Shown here in pieces: positions 30,194 through 40,560 of a stretch of DNA of 64,000 nucleotides (the stretch's first letter is position 1; every line of letters starts with the position of its first letter). The stretch is from a virus. A model generated the notes under the pieces. It was not told where the DNA came from. It worked only from the letters and a program-made list of their open reading frames with translations, and ran no database searches. The stretch lies in IMG/VR virus record IMGVR_UViG_3300020048_000136; one strand, written 5' to 3'. A program made the position numbers and the translations under genes.

Positions 30194-31012
30194 ATGGGAA
30201 AGATAGTAAATTACCCAATAGATACAATCCCTGCCTTAAATGATAAGGTTATTGGGACTGACGTTAGTGATGGTAATAAAACCAAAAACTTTCTCGTAAG
30301 TGATATATTAGATTTGGCAAGTGGAGGAACATCGATATCGATACCAAAGTTACTACTACAAGGATTTAATGTAAAGAACACAAGTATTGGGACAGATTTA
30401 TATTCTTTGAGAGATACCCTACGTGCTAAGTGGACAGGAACAGATACCGAGTTCTTAAGTTTAAATCCTGAAATATGGATGTTTAACTATAACTCATATG
30501 CTCAAAGGAAAAACTATAATGGTAACACGTACCATATATCGAAGAGGAATAAAAAGTGGAAACATGAACCACATCTAAAGGGCATTAAGTTCCCTAATGG
30601 AGCGTTCTATTCAGGTCAAGTTGTTGGTCACTTTGCTCAATTTGTAAATGACTATGGAAGGCATACTGAGTTTCCTTTTAGCGATACTCCCGATACGTGG
30701 TTTAATGTAGATGTGGATATCTATGAATGGGTATTTGGTAAGTTAATCCCTACAGAAGATTTCATAAAAATGGATGATTATTCTGTAATAAACAACCTAT
30801 TTTCAAGTATACAATGTAGGCGGCATATGGTATCTGAGGTGTTTAGGTTTGCTATAGTTATAGATAATCCTGACACTCAAGCTATAAATCCTAAGATAAT
30901 AGGAGTTCTATCTGATGAGATATGTATTAAATATGTAAACACGCCATGGAGTAATTTACAAAGATTTATATACTGCGCTAAAAATATATTTGTAAAGAAT
31001 GTAGGCGTATAA
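30194..31012 (+). CDS. tail fiber/receptor-binding protein paralog 1
   Basis: The N-terminal ~40 aa (MGKIVNYPIDTIPALNDKVIGTDVSDGNKTKNFLVSDILDL) are shared with the next fiber gene. The C-terminus is unrelated. Confidence 0.55.
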   Translation: MGKIVNYPIDTIPALNDKVIGTDVSDGNKTKNFLVSDILDLASGGTSISIPKLLLQGFNVKNTSIGTDLYSLRDTLRAKWTGTDTEFLSLNPEIWMFNYNSYAQRKNYNGNTYHISKRNKKWKHEPHLKGIKFPNGAFYSGQVVGHFAQFVNDYGRHTEFPFSDTPDTWFNVDVDIYEWVFGKLIPTEDFIKMDDYSVINNLFSSIQCRRHMVSEVFRFAIVIDNPDTQAINPKIIGVLSDEICIKYVNTPWSNLQRFIYCAKNIFVKNVGV

Positions 31013-31016
31013 AGAC

Positions 31017-31160
31017 ATGGGATGCGCGTATAAGTGTTTTCCTTTATATGGGAGGCATAATTGGCTAATTCCTACGGGAGTTGTTAATAAACGTATTCCT
31101 AATCTCTTCAGAAATGGAGGGATTTTATCGGTCTTATTTTTTGGGGTGACAGCCACTTAA
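31017..31160 (+). CDS. speculative small ORF (47 aa) in the inter-fiber spacer
   Basis: Translation MGCAYKCFPLYGRHNWLIPTGVVNKRIPNLFRNGGILSVLFFGVTAT. No supporting motif. Confidence 0.2.
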   Translation: MGCAYKCFPLYGRHNWLIPTGVVNKRIPNLFRNGGILSVLFFGVTAT

Positions 31161-31292
31161 TGTATGGTCGGTAAAGCAAAAACGTATCTATCTTCGGGTA
31201 GGTGCGTTAGGAAGTAATCCCTCAAGGTTGCAGATTAGTCATCTGTAATAACTTTGGGGGGTTGCAACCTTAATCTTTAAAACTATATAGCA

Positions 31293-32207
31293 ATGGGAAA
31301 GATAGTAAATTACCCTGTAAATTCAATGCCTTCACTAAGTGACAGACTTATCGGGACTGACGTTGATTCAAATAACGAAACAAAGAACTTCCTTATAAGC
31401 GATGTGCTATCATTAGTGGGTGGTGTATTAGGATACGTCCCATATACAGGAGCAATAGCAGATGTAAACCTTGGTGTATATAAGATTACTGCTGATAAGT
31501 TTATTAAGTCAGGAGGGACATCATCACAATTTCTAAAGGCTGATGGTAGTATTGACTCATCTATATACCTAACAACTACATCCATTTTAGGATATATACC
31601 GTACTCAGGGGCAACAGATAATGTGCATCTTGGAGCGTATACGATTACAGCCAACAAAATTATAAAATCGGGTGGACTTACATCTCAGTTCTTAAAAGCT
31701 AACGGAGATATCGATTCCACGGTATATCTTCCTGCATCATCAGCATACGTGCCAAAGTATGCCTCTTATTATGATACAACAACTCAAACTGTTGTGTCGG
31801 GGGCGTCAAAGGCAATGCAGTTTAATACTTCTAACTTCTATGCGGGAATAACAATTACAAATGATTTACTTGGTAAGCCTACAAGGATAACTGTTGATGA
31901 AACAGGAACATATAATATACAATTTTCTGCTCAAATAGTCAGAACCTCAGGTGGGTCTTCAAAAAGAATAGTAATATGGGTTAAGGTTAATGGGGTTAAC
32001 GTTCCTTGGTCATCTACATACGCAACTGTAGAGGCTAATTCTGACCATACTGTTATCGGTTGGAATTTCTTTATCTATATGACAAATGCTCAGTATGCAG
32101 AACTGTGGTGGACTCAAGATGATGATATCACTTTTGGTGCTGAGCCTACGGGTGTAGTATATCCCGATGTCCCTTCCGTTATATTGACAGTTAGCAAAGT
32201 GTCATAA
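31293..32207 (+). CDS. tail fiber/receptor-binding protein paralog 2
   Basis: Shares the N-terminal anchor with paralog 1. Contains an internal tandem ~47-aa repeat (GYVPYTGAIADVNLGVYKITADKFIKSGGTSSQFLKADGSIDSSIYL, then GYIPYSGATDNVHLGAYTITANKIIKSGGLTSQFLKANGDIDSTVYL). Confidence 0.6.
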   Translation: MGKIVNYPVNSMPSLSDRLIGTDVDSNNETKNFLISDVLSLVGGVLGYVPYTGAIADVNLGVYKITADKFIKSGGTSSQFLKADGSIDSSIYLTTTSILGYIPYSGATDNVHLGAYTITANKIIKSGGLTSQFLKANGDIDSTVYLPASSAYVPKYASYYDTTTQTVVSGASKAMQFNTSNFYAGITITNDLLGKPTRITVDETGTYNIQFSAQIVRTSGGSSKRIVIWVKVNGVNVPWSSTYATVEANSDHTVIGWNFFIYMTNAQYAELWWTQDDDITFGAEPTGVVYPDVPSVILTVSKVS

Positions 32208-32428
32208 TGGATATACGCAAGCTATCAATCGGAGCAGACTTCAAAAATAATGCAATGCATTATATTGTGGGTCAAGAGGTATTAGGTGGATATAAAATTC
32301 ACCTTATCAAAAAGGATATAGAGTCACAGTCGATAAAAATATGGGTTGAACAGAAGGATGAAATATTCCTTTGGAAGGAGTTCAATTTCACAATGCCAAT
32401 CGCAATCGAATTTAATATAAACTTCTAA
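32207..32428 (+). CDS. hypothetical protein (73 aa)
   Basis: Track ORF. Start overlaps the previous stop. Confidence 0.5.
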   Translation: MDIRKLSIGADFKNNAMHYIVGQEVLGGYKIHLIKKDIESQSIKIWVEQKDEIFLWKEFNFTMPIAIEFNINF

Positions 32429-32991
32429 TGCAGTCACCATTCTATTTTATAGCTACTCCTGTAATGGGTAGGCGCTACGACAATACAAAAAAAATAGCAG
32501 GAATTGAATTTATAACAAGCACGTCAGAGGAAGACCATCGGTTCTCAAATAGACAAGCTATTGTCATGGAAGTACCGTTAGGATATGACGGAGCGATTAC
32601 CAAGGGTGATATTCTTCTCGTACACCACAACGCATTCAAATTTTATAACGATATCAAGGGTAGGCAGAAGAGTGGAAAGAGTTTCTTTAAGGATAATCTG
32701 TTCTTTATAGAGGTTGACCAATTCTTCATGTATAAGCATAATGACGTATGGTATGCATATGACAGATATTGTTTCGTTAAACCAATACCTCCTGAGAAAT
32801 CTATAATTGGGAAGCCAATAAAAGAAGAGCCACTTATGGGGATAATGAAATATCCTAATGAGTTCTTGATAAAGATGGGTGTTAAGTCGGGGGATAAGAT
32901 TTGCTTTAAACCTGACAGCGAATATGAATTCATGGTAGATGGGGAGAAACTCTACAGAATGTTTGACCATCAAATAACCATGGTATTATGA
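32428..32991 (+). CDS. hypothetical protein (187 aa) with a possible Cpn10-like C-terminal segment
   Basis: GVKSGDKICFKPDSEYEFMVDGEKLYRMFDHQITMVL resembles the GroES C-terminal pattern. Weak, by eye only. Confidence 0.5.
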   Translation: MQSPFYFIATPVMGRRYDNTKKIAGIEFITSTSEEDHRFSNRQAIVMEVPLGYDGAITKGDILLVHHNAFKFYNDIKGRQKSGKSFFKDNLFFIEVDQFFMYKHNDVWYAYDRYCFVKPIPPEKSIIGKPIKEEPLMGIMKYPNEFLIKMGVKSGDKICFKPDSEYEFMVDGEKLYRMFDHQITMVL

Positions 32992-33290
32992 AGACCTCCG
33001 CTCAGATAAAAAGAGAAATCATAGATGCAGGGTACGAAGCTATTCAGCAGCTTATCAAGGTGGCAAAAGAGAATATCTTAAAGCCTACTGTCGTGAATTC
33101 AGAGGATGATAATGGTGAGTTATCTGCCGATAGATTAAAGAATGCAGCAGCAACTAAAAAATTAGCCATCTTTGATGCGTTTGAAATATTGAGCAGAATA
33201 GAATTAGAGAAGTCAAATTTAGAAACTGAAGAGCGTGGAGTACAGCGAACAGATACAAAAGAAGGATTTGCAGAACGAAGGTCTAAGTAG
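32988..33290 (+). CDS. hypothetical protein (100 aa), positional candidate for the small terminase subunit
   Basis: Track ORF immediately upstream of, and overlapping, the large terminase gene. Helical and charged. Confidence 0.4.
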   Translation: MKTSAQIKREIIDAGYEAIQQLIKVAKENILKPTVVNSEDDNGELSADRLKNAAATKKLAIFDAFEILSRIELEKSNLETEERGVQRTDTKEGFAERRSK

Positions 33291-35514
33291 TCTATATCGG
33301 GTTGTTGATGACTATATACCAAAGACTGTAATTACCCGAAAGAATGCATCTCGTTCATGGATATACGGGCATAATGCTCAGTATGATGTTATCGTAATTT
33401 CAAAAACAGGTAAGGTAGGAGAGATAATTTATATCTATGGGCTATATATCGCATTACCTGCAATAGAAAATGAGTGTCTTCGAAGACACCCAAAGTCTTC
33501 AGAGCAATATTGGGAGAGAACAGAACTCCCAAAGGAATTAAAAAAAATCAACTCAATCTTCCAATGGAACGAAATGCCATCCCCATTTAAGGATAGGTGG
33601 ATTGATTATATCGAATCAGAATTTGATAGAAGAGAGTTAGGGATTTGGTTCATGAATAATGGATACCCTACTTATATTACAGGCTCTCACTATATGTACC
33701 TACAATGGTCTGCAATCGATGTTGGATATCCCGACTACCGTGAAGCCAATAGAATACTATATCTCTTTTGGGAGGCTTGCAAAGCAGATTCTCGGTCATT
33801 TGGGATGATATATCTAAAGATACGCAGGTCAGGATTTTCATTTATGGAGTCATCTGAGTGTATCAATATCGGAACGTTGGCAAAAGATGCTCGGATAGGA
33901 ATACTTTCCAAGACAGGTGCGGATGCAAAGAAGATGTTTACAGATAAGGTTGTACCTATCCTTACACGGTTGCCATTCTTCTTTAAACCGATTCAAGATG
34001 GTATGGATAAGCCTAAGATGGAGTTAGCATTTAGGATTCCTGCATCTAAGATTACGAAAAAGAATATGTACGATATCGTCCAAAACGAGATAAGTGGTTT
34101 GGATACTACTATCGATTGGAAGAACACGGATGATAACTCATATGACGGAGAGAAGTTATTGCTATTAGCGCATGACGAGAGTGGTAAATGGCTAAAGCCT
34201 GTGGATATATTAAACAATTGGCGAGTCACAAAGACCTGTTTGCGTTTGGGAAATAAGATTGTTGGAAAGTGTATGATGGGGTCTACCTCAAATGCATTGA
34301 GCAAAGGAGGGGCTAACTACAAGAAGTTATTCGAAGAGTCATATTGCAAGACCCGAAATAAGAACGGTCAGACTAAAAGTGGGATGTATTCATTGTTTAT
34401 CCCGATGGAGTTTAATATGGAGGGATTCATTGACCGATACGGAATGCCTGTTCTACGTAAACCGTCTTCTCCCGTGTTAGGAATTGATAATATTCCTATC
34501 ACTAATGGCGCTATAGATTATTGGGAGGCTGAAGTAGATTCCTTAAAGGCTGACTCCGATGCGCTGAATGAGTTTTACCGTCAGTTCCCAAGAACAGAGT
34601 CCCATGCCTTTAGAGATGAGAGCAAGCAATCCTTATTCAATCTTACGAAAATATATCAGCAGATTGATTACAATGACTCAATGATTAAGGCTCATAATAT
34701 TACACGGGGCAGTTTCTTTTGGGAGGATGGAATCAAGGATACTAAGGTAGTTTGGAGACCCGACAATAATGGCAGATTCCTTATTAGTTGGTTGCCGAGT
34801 GCAGCTTTGCAGAACAGATTTCATGAGAAGGGTGGAGTCAAATACCCATCCAATGAACACATTGGGGCTTTTGGCTGTGACTCATATGACATCTCAGGAG
34901 TAGTAGGGGGGAAGGGGTCTAATGGGTCTCTCCATGGTATGACTAAATCCCATATTGATGATGCCCCTACGAATGAGTTCTTCTTGGAATATATTGCTCG
35001 TCCTCAGACTGCGGAAATATTCTTTGAGGAAGTTCTTATGGCTTGCGTATTCTGCGGGATGCCTATTCTTATTGAGAATAATAAGCCACGACTATTGTAC
35101 CATTTTAAGAATAGGGGGTATCGTGGATTCTGTTTGAATAGACCTGACAAAACAACAAACAATTTATCTAAAACGGAACGTGAACTTGGAGGTATACCAA
35201 ACTCATCTGAGGATATAAAACAGGCTCATGCATCTGCAATTGAATCGTATATAGAGAAGTACGTTGGTATTGATTTTGAAGGAATATATAGGGACTCGGA
35301 CGATATGGGGTCAATGCCATTCCAAAGAACGTTAGAGGATTGGGCTAAATTTGATATAAGTGATAGGACTAAATTTGATGCAAGTATAAGTTCGGGATTG
35401 GCTATTATGGCTAATCAGAGACACTTGTATTTGACTGAAAAGAAACAATCCAAAATAAATATTAACTTTGCAAGGTATACTAATAATGGAACTCTAAGCG
35501 AAATAATTAGATGA
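33235..35514 (+). CDS. terL: terminase large subunit
   Basis: 759-aa ORF directly upstream of the portal gene (ATGA overlap). Walker B-like LLLLAHDESGKW. The track start at 33235 is GTG, and there is no in-frame ATG for the first 112 codons. Confidence 0.65.
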   Translation: MEYSEQIQKKDLQNEGLSSLYRVVDDYIPKTVITRKNASRSWIYGHNAQYDVIVISKTGKVGEIIYIYGLYIALPAIENECLRRHPKSSEQYWERTELPKELKKINSIFQWNEMPSPFKDRWIDYIESEFDRRELGIWFMNNGYPTYITGSHYMYLQWSAIDVGYPDYREANRILYLFWEACKADSRSFGMIYLKIRRSGFSFMESSECINIGTLAKDARIGILSKTGADAKKMFTDKVVPILTRLPFFFKPIQDGMDKPKMELAFRIPASKITKKNMYDIVQNEISGLDTTIDWKNTDDNSYDGEKLLLLAHDESGKWLKPVDILNNWRVTKTCLRLGNKIVGKCMMGSTSNALSKGGANYKKLFEESYCKTRNKNGQTKSGMYSLFIPMEFNMEGFIDRYGMPVLRKPSSPVLGIDNIPITNGAIDYWEAEVDSLKADSDALNEFYRQFPRTESHAFRDESKQSLFNLTKIYQQIDYNDSMIKAHNITRGSFFWEDGIKDTKVVWRPDNNGRFLISWLPSAALQNRFHEKGGVKYPSNEHIGAFGCDSYDISGVVGGKGSNGSLHGMTKSHIDDAPTNEFFLEYIARPQTAEIFFEEVLMACVFCGMPILIENNKPRLLYHFKNRGYRGFCLNRPDKTTNNLSKTERELGGIPNSSEDIKQAHASAIESYIEKYVGIDFEGIYRDSDDMGSMPFQRTLEDWAKFDISDRTKFDASISSGLAIMANQRHLYLTEKKQSKININFARYTNNGTLSEIIR
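33475..33488. repeat. palindrome TGTCTTCGAAGACA (inside terL; read as CLRRH)
   Basis: Exact match. Confidence 0.95.
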
Positions 35515-37946
35515 AAGACGTAAAGGTAAATATAGCATCTACTGCATTCCCAAGTCAATTCGTTCCCGATGCTGTAAAGCAGACGGATGAGTTCGGACTT
35601 CAGATAGGTCAAGCTATTCAATACGAGTGGTTTAGAAAAGACGGTAATCAATGTAGATATTATAACCAATGGAGAGATTTCCATAAACTAAGGCTATATG
35701 CACGGGGAGAACAATCTATCCAAAAGTACAAGGATGAGGTTGCTGTCGATGGCGATTTATCATATATGAATTTGGATTGGACTCCCGTACCGATACTACC
35801 AAAGTTTGTTGATATTGTTGTGAATGGAATGTCCGAGCGGATGTTCAAGGTTAAGGCTTATGCACAGGATGCAATGTCTCAGCAGAAGAGGGGCAGCTAC
35901 CAAGATAATATTGAAGGGCAGATGGCAGCAAAAGATATCCTATTGAAAATAAAGGATGCTACAGGTGCTGACCCATTTACCACAAACCCTGATGACCTTC
36001 CTGCGAATGACGAGGAACTTAGCTTATTCATGCAGTTAAATTATAAACCTGCAATCGAAATAGCGCAAGAGGAAGCCATCAACACAATGCTTGATGAGAA
36101 TAACTACATTGAATTACGGAAAAGACTTGATTATGACCTTACTGTAATTGGTATAGCTGTAGCTAAACATGAGTTCCTGCAAGGTGCAGGTGTTGAACTT
36201 AGTTATGTCGACCCTGCGAATGTTGTTTATAGTTATACAGAAGACCCATACTTCAGAGATGTATTCTATTGGGGCGAAATAAAGACTGTTCCCGTAACCG
36301 AACTGATGAAGATTGACCAAAAATTAACTCCCGATGATTTGGAGGAGATTTCAAAGTACAGTCAAAGTTGGTATAACTACTACAATGTTGCTCAGTTCTA
36401 TCAGAATAGCATATTCTACAGGGATACCTGCACACTACTTTACTTCAACTATAAGACTACTAAAAAGGTTGTCTATAAGAAGAAGATACTTGAAGGTGGA
36501 GGCGCACGTATCATTGAAAAAGATGACACATTTAACCCACCCGAAGAAATGATGAAGGAGGGGAGCTTCGAAAAGATTGAAAAGACAATTGATGTGTGGT
36601 ATAATGGCATTATGGTCATGGGTACTAATATTATGCTGAAGTGGGAGGTTGCCGAGAATATGGTCAGACCCAAATCGGCTACCCAACACGCTATACCTAA
36701 CTATGTTTGCGTTGCGCCTCGGATGTATAAAGGGGTTATAGAATCATTAGTTCGAAGGATGATACCGTTTGCCGACCTTATTCAGTTAACCCATTTGAAA
36801 TTGCAGCAGGTTATTGCCCGTGTTGTTCCCGATGGAGTATTCATTGATGCAGATGGTATAAACGAAGTTGACTTGGGAACGGGAGCAGCTTACAATCCGC
36901 AGGATGCATTAAGACTATACTTCCAAACGGGTAGCGTTATCGGAAGAAGTTATACTCAGGATGGAGAGTTTAATAATGCCCGTGTCCCTATTACGCAGTT
37001 AACGTCAAATTCGGGCTTGTCAAAGACTCAGATGCTTATAGCTAACTACAATCATTACCTTGATATGATAAGGTCTGTGACGGGAGTTAATGAAGCGAGA
37101 GACGGTAGTAGTCCTGACCCCAATTCTTTAGTTGGTCTTCAGAAATTAGCAGCATTGAATTCAAATACAGCAACTCGGCATATTCTTGATGCAGGATTGT
37201 ATATGTTTAAAACTTTATCTGAAGGGCTTACATATAGAATTGCAGACATACTGCAATATGCAGACTTCAAGGAAGAGTTTGCTAATAAGATTGGGAAGTA
37301 TAATGTATCTATACTTGAGGAAACAAAAGAACTATATGTCTATGACTTCGGAATCTTTATTGAAGTATCGCCTGACGAAGAGGATAAGGCAAAACTTGAA
37401 GCCAATATACAGGTAGCCCTTGCAAAGGGGGATATCTATCTTGAGGATGCCATTGATATAAGGGAACTCAGGAATACAAAACTTGCGAATCAACTTCTTA
37501 AGATTAAGCGAGTCAAGAAACAAGACCGTGAAGAGAAGATGAAGATGCAACAGCAAGCTATGATATCTCAACAGCAACTTAAGTCTCAAGAAATGGCAGG
37601 ACAGACTGCCATGCAAACCATACAGGCAGAGACTCAGAGTAAAATGCAGATTAAACAAGCCGAAGTTGCATTTGACATAGAGCGTATGAATAATGAGGCT
37701 AAGTTAAAGAGTCAATTAATGCGTGAAGAGTTTGATTATAATATGCAATTAAAAGGTATTGCTGAATCGTCATTAGCTAATAGAGACCAAATGAAAGAGG
37801 ATTCTAAATCTAAGCGAATCAGTCAACAAAATACAGAGCAATCTAAGTTAATCAACCAAAGAAAGAATAACCTGCCTCCTCAGAATTTTGAATCTAATGA
37901 GGATAGCTTAGACGGATTTGACCTTGCTGAGTTTGAACCACGATAA
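35511..37946 (+). CDS. portal protein
   Basis: 811 aa, positioned between TerL and the scaffold/capsid genes. Gln/Lys-rich C-terminal extension. Confidence 0.6.
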   Translation: MKDVKVNIASTAFPSQFVPDAVKQTDEFGLQIGQAIQYEWFRKDGNQCRYYNQWRDFHKLRLYARGEQSIQKYKDEVAVDGDLSYMNLDWTPVPILPKFVDIVVNGMSERMFKVKAYAQDAMSQQKRGSYQDNIEGQMAAKDILLKIKDATGADPFTTNPDDLPANDEELSLFMQLNYKPAIEIAQEEAINTMLDENNYIELRKRLDYDLTVIGIAVAKHEFLQGAGVELSYVDPANVVYSYTEDPYFRDVFYWGEIKTVPVTELMKIDQKLTPDDLEEISKYSQSWYNYYNVAQFYQNSIFYRDTCTLLYFNYKTTKKVVYKKKILEGGGARIIEKDDTFNPPEEMMKEGSFEKIEKTIDVWYNGIMVMGTNIMLKWEVAENMVRPKSATQHAIPNYVCVAPRMYKGVIESLVRRMIPFADLIQLTHLKLQQVIARVVPDGVFIDADGINEVDLGTGAAYNPQDALRLYFQTGSVIGRSYTQDGEFNNARVPITQLTSNSGLSKTQMLIANYNHYLDMIRSVTGVNEARDGSSPDPNSLVGLQKLAALNSNTATRHILDAGLYMFKTLSEGLTYRIADILQYADFKEEFANKIGKYNVSILEETKELYVYDFGIFIEVSPDEEDKAKLEANIQVALAKGDIYLEDAIDIRELRNTKLANQLLKIKRVKKQDREEKMKMQQQAMISQQQLKSQEMAGQTAMQTIQAETQSKMQIKQAEVAFDIERMNNEAKLKSQLMREEFDYNMQLKGIAESSLANRDQMKEDSKSKRISQQNTEQSKLINQRKNNLPPQNFESNEDSLDGFDLAEFEPR

Positions 37947-37970
37947 AAAATGAGCATTTAAAAAAAATAC

Positions 37971-37978
37971 TATCTTTG
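37971..37978 (+). promoter_or_regulatory. -7 box TATCTTTG
   Basis: ATACTATCTTTGTAAAAAATTAAATCTAATC, ending 21 nt before the ATG at 38000. Confidence 0.55.
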
Positions 37979-37999
37979 TAAAAAATTAAATCTAATCAA

Positions 38000-39067
38000 A
38001 TGGAATTCACAGTAAAAGCATTGGACTCTGTTGAGCCGAAATCAATTCAGCAAATAGAGTCAACTCTATTGCAAAAAAAGGAAGAAGAAAATGCAGGGAT
38101 TCCTGCTGTAGTAACACCGCCTGCTGTCGTTCCATTGGAATTAAAAGAAGAAGACGTTCTTTCATATATTGGAAAGAGATACAATAAAGAGATTAAGTCC
38201 TTTGACGAGTTACTCGCAGAGAGGAAAGAATCCGAACCATTGCCTGAGGATGTTGCTGCATACTTCAATTTTAAGAAGGAAACGGGACGAGGCATTGAAG
38301 ATTTTGTTAGGCTCAGAAAAGATTTTGATACAATGAATCAAGATGAGATGCTGATGGAATACTTCTCTGCTACCGAGAAAGGGCTTGATAAGGATGACAT
38401 CCAAACAATGATGGAGCAGTACTCATATGATGAGGATATTGATGACGACTCGGTTATTAAAAAAGCCAAGTTGGAAAAGAAAAAGATTGTTGCTAAAGCT
38501 AAATTGTTTTTCAACGAACAGAAGGAGAAATACAAACAGCCCCTTGAGTCAAGCGTGGTTGGACGTTCTTCAGAAGACGATGAAGATTTTAAGGCTTACA
38601 AACAATATATTAAAGAGGCAAGTACCGAGTTAGAATCTGCTAACCGTAAACGTGATTGGTTCTTGCAAAAGACCGATGAGGTGTTTAATACTGAGTTCAA
38701 AGGTTTTGAGTTCAATATAGACAACAAAAAACTAACGTATACACCCGCAGATGCATCTGAACTAAAAAAGAACCAAGTATCACCAACTAACTTTATTAAT
38801 AAGTTCTTGGATGAGAACGGTCTCATGAAGGATGCAGTAGGATATCATCGGGCTTTGTCTATTGCAATGCATCCTGAGCGGTTTGCCAAGTTCTTTTATG
38901 AGCAAGGAATCGCAGAGGCTACAGAGGGAACTATGAAAAGTATCAAGAACATTAAGATGTCTGAACATCGGTCACCCGAAATAACCAACAAGGGAGGGAT
39001 GCAAGTGAAAGTCGTAAATCCCGATGCAGGTCGTGGACTAAGGATTTCAAGTGCCAAGAAAAAATAA
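38000..39067 (+). CDS. scaffolding protein
   Basis: 355 aa, highly charged (Glu/Lys/Asp-rich) and helical. Lies between the portal and major capsid genes. Confidence 0.55.
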   Translation: MEFTVKALDSVEPKSIQQIESTLLQKKEEENAGIPAVVTPPAVVPLELKEEDVLSYIGKRYNKEIKSFDELLAERKESEPLPEDVAAYFNFKKETGRGIEDFVRLRKDFDTMNQDEMLMEYFSATEKGLDKDDIQTMMEQYSYDEDIDDDSVIKKAKLEKKKIVAKAKLFFNEQKEKYKQPLESSVVGRSSEDDEDFKAYKQYIKEASTELESANRKRDWFLQKTDEVFNTEFKGFEFNIDNKKLTYTPADASELKKNQVSPTNFINKFLDENGLMKDAVGYHRALSIAMHPERFAKFFYEQGIAEATEGTMKSIKNIKMSEHRSPEITNKGGMQVKVVNPDAGRGLRISSAKKK

Positions 39068-39095
39068 AGTATTCACTCTAAAAAAATTAACCATC

Positions 39096-40541
39096 ATGCC
39101 CGCAGGATTTGTAAGCAACTCAATCACAGGAGGATATCAGTTAAGTCCATCTTCCGAACAGGTAGCATTATCTACCAATTATATCACCAACTTCGACTTC
39201 TTTAATCAGTATCTTCCCGATACATATGAGAAAGAATTTGAACGTTATGGTAATCGTACCGTAGCATCGTTCCTACGCTTGGTAGGCGCTGAACTCCCTT
39301 CAATCTCTGACCTTATCAAATGGACAGAGCAGGGTAGACTCCATACCAAATATACGAATGTTGCATCCCCCTCAGCTCTTCACGCAACTACAGGTGTGTT
39401 TACTGTTAGTGACGTTTTAGTTCCCGTAGCAGCAGCTATTGCTATCCGCAAAGGTCAGACTGTTATGATTACCCCTAACAATGGCTTGTCAAAAGCAAAT
39501 AAGGGAATCGTTATTGCCGTTACCGCAACTACATTTACTGTAGCTTACTACGAAGCAGGTGGACAGAATTTCGCTGCCAATACCGTTTGTACTGTTTTTA
39601 TCTATGGTTCTGAATTCAAAAAAGGAACTGAAGGCATGATTGGCTCACTTGAAGCTGATAGCCAAATCTTCTCAAACTCACCGATTATCATAAAAGATAA
39701 ATATGCTGTTAGCGGTTCGCAGATGGCTCAGATTGGATGGGTTGAAGTAACTACCGAGAATGGCGCAACAGGCTACCTATGGTATCTGAAATCAGAACAT
39801 GAGACCCGTCTCCGTTTTGAAGATTATCTTGAAACATCCATGATTGAAGCAGTTCCTGCCGAACCAAACTCGGGTGTTGTAACTCAGGCTACCTATACCG
39901 ATGCAGGTAATAAAGGTTCTGAAGGTATCTTCTATGTTGTTAAAAACCGTGGTAATGTTTGGGGTGGTGGAAACCCAACCTCACTTCTTGACTTCGACAA
40001 CGTTGTTTCCCGTCTTGACAAACAAGGCTCAATCGAAGAAAATGTAATCTTCGTTAACCGTGACTTCAGTTTTGATATCGATGATATGTTGGCTCAGTTA
40101 AACGGCTACGTATCGGGTGGTTCAGCAGGTGGAGCATCATTCGGCTTATTCGATAACGATGTTGAGATGGCATTGAACCTTGGATTCTCAGGATTCCGTA
40201 GGGGTTATGACTTCTACAAATCGGATTGGAAATATCTGAATGACCCAACAATGCGTGGCGGTCTTTCTTCAGTTGCCTCTTCAGAAATGGTAAGCGGTCT
40301 TCTTGTTCCCGCAGGTTCAACAACCGTGTATGACCAAATCCTTGGTAAGAATGCAAAACGTCCTTTCCTCCATGTCCGTTACCGTGCTTCAGAAACTGAA
40401 GACAGGCGCTACAAAACTTGGATTACAGGGTCAGCAGGTGGTGCTACCACAAGTTCTCTTGATGCAATGGAAGTTCACTTCTTGTCAGAAAGAGCAGTAT
40501 GTACCCTTGGCGCAAACAACTTCGTTCTGTTCCAATACTAA
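39096..40541 (+). CDS. major capsid protein
   Basis: Track ORF 39051..40541 starts at GTG inside the scaffold gene; the ATG at 39096 is preferred. Position after the scaffold gene and a strong terminator downstream fit a highly expressed capsid gene. Confidence 0.6.
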   Translation: MPAGFVSNSITGGYQLSPSSEQVALSTNYITNFDFFNQYLPDTYEKEFERYGNRTVASFLRLVGAELPSISDLIKWTEQGRLHTKYTNVASPSALHATTGVFTVSDVLVPVAAAIAIRKGQTVMITPNNGLSKANKGIVIAVTATTFTVAYYEAGGQNFAANTVCTVFIYGSEFKKGTEGMIGSLEADSQIFSNSPIIIKDKYAVSGSQMAQIGWVEVTTENGATGYLWYLKSEHETRLRFEDYLETSMIEAVPAEPNSGVVTQATYTDAGNKGSEGIFYVVKNRGNVWGGGNPTSLLDFDNVVSRLDKQGSIEENVIFVNRDFSFDIDDMLAQLNGYVSGGSAGGASFGLFDNDVEMALNLGFSGFRRGYDFYKSDWKYLNDPTMRGGLSSVASSEMVSGLLVPAGSTTVYDQILGKNAKRPFLHVRYRASETEDRRYKTWITGSAGGATTSSLDAMEVHFLSERAVCTLGANNFVLFQY

Positions 40542-40560
40542 TTTTCCATTGCCGAATTAA

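Noticed and set aside
33235-33290. A programmed +1 frameshift fusing ORF 32988..33290 to terL.
   Set aside because: The 56-nt overlap has no recognisable slippery or stall sequence. GTG or TTG initiation is simpler. Retained only as a low-priority check.
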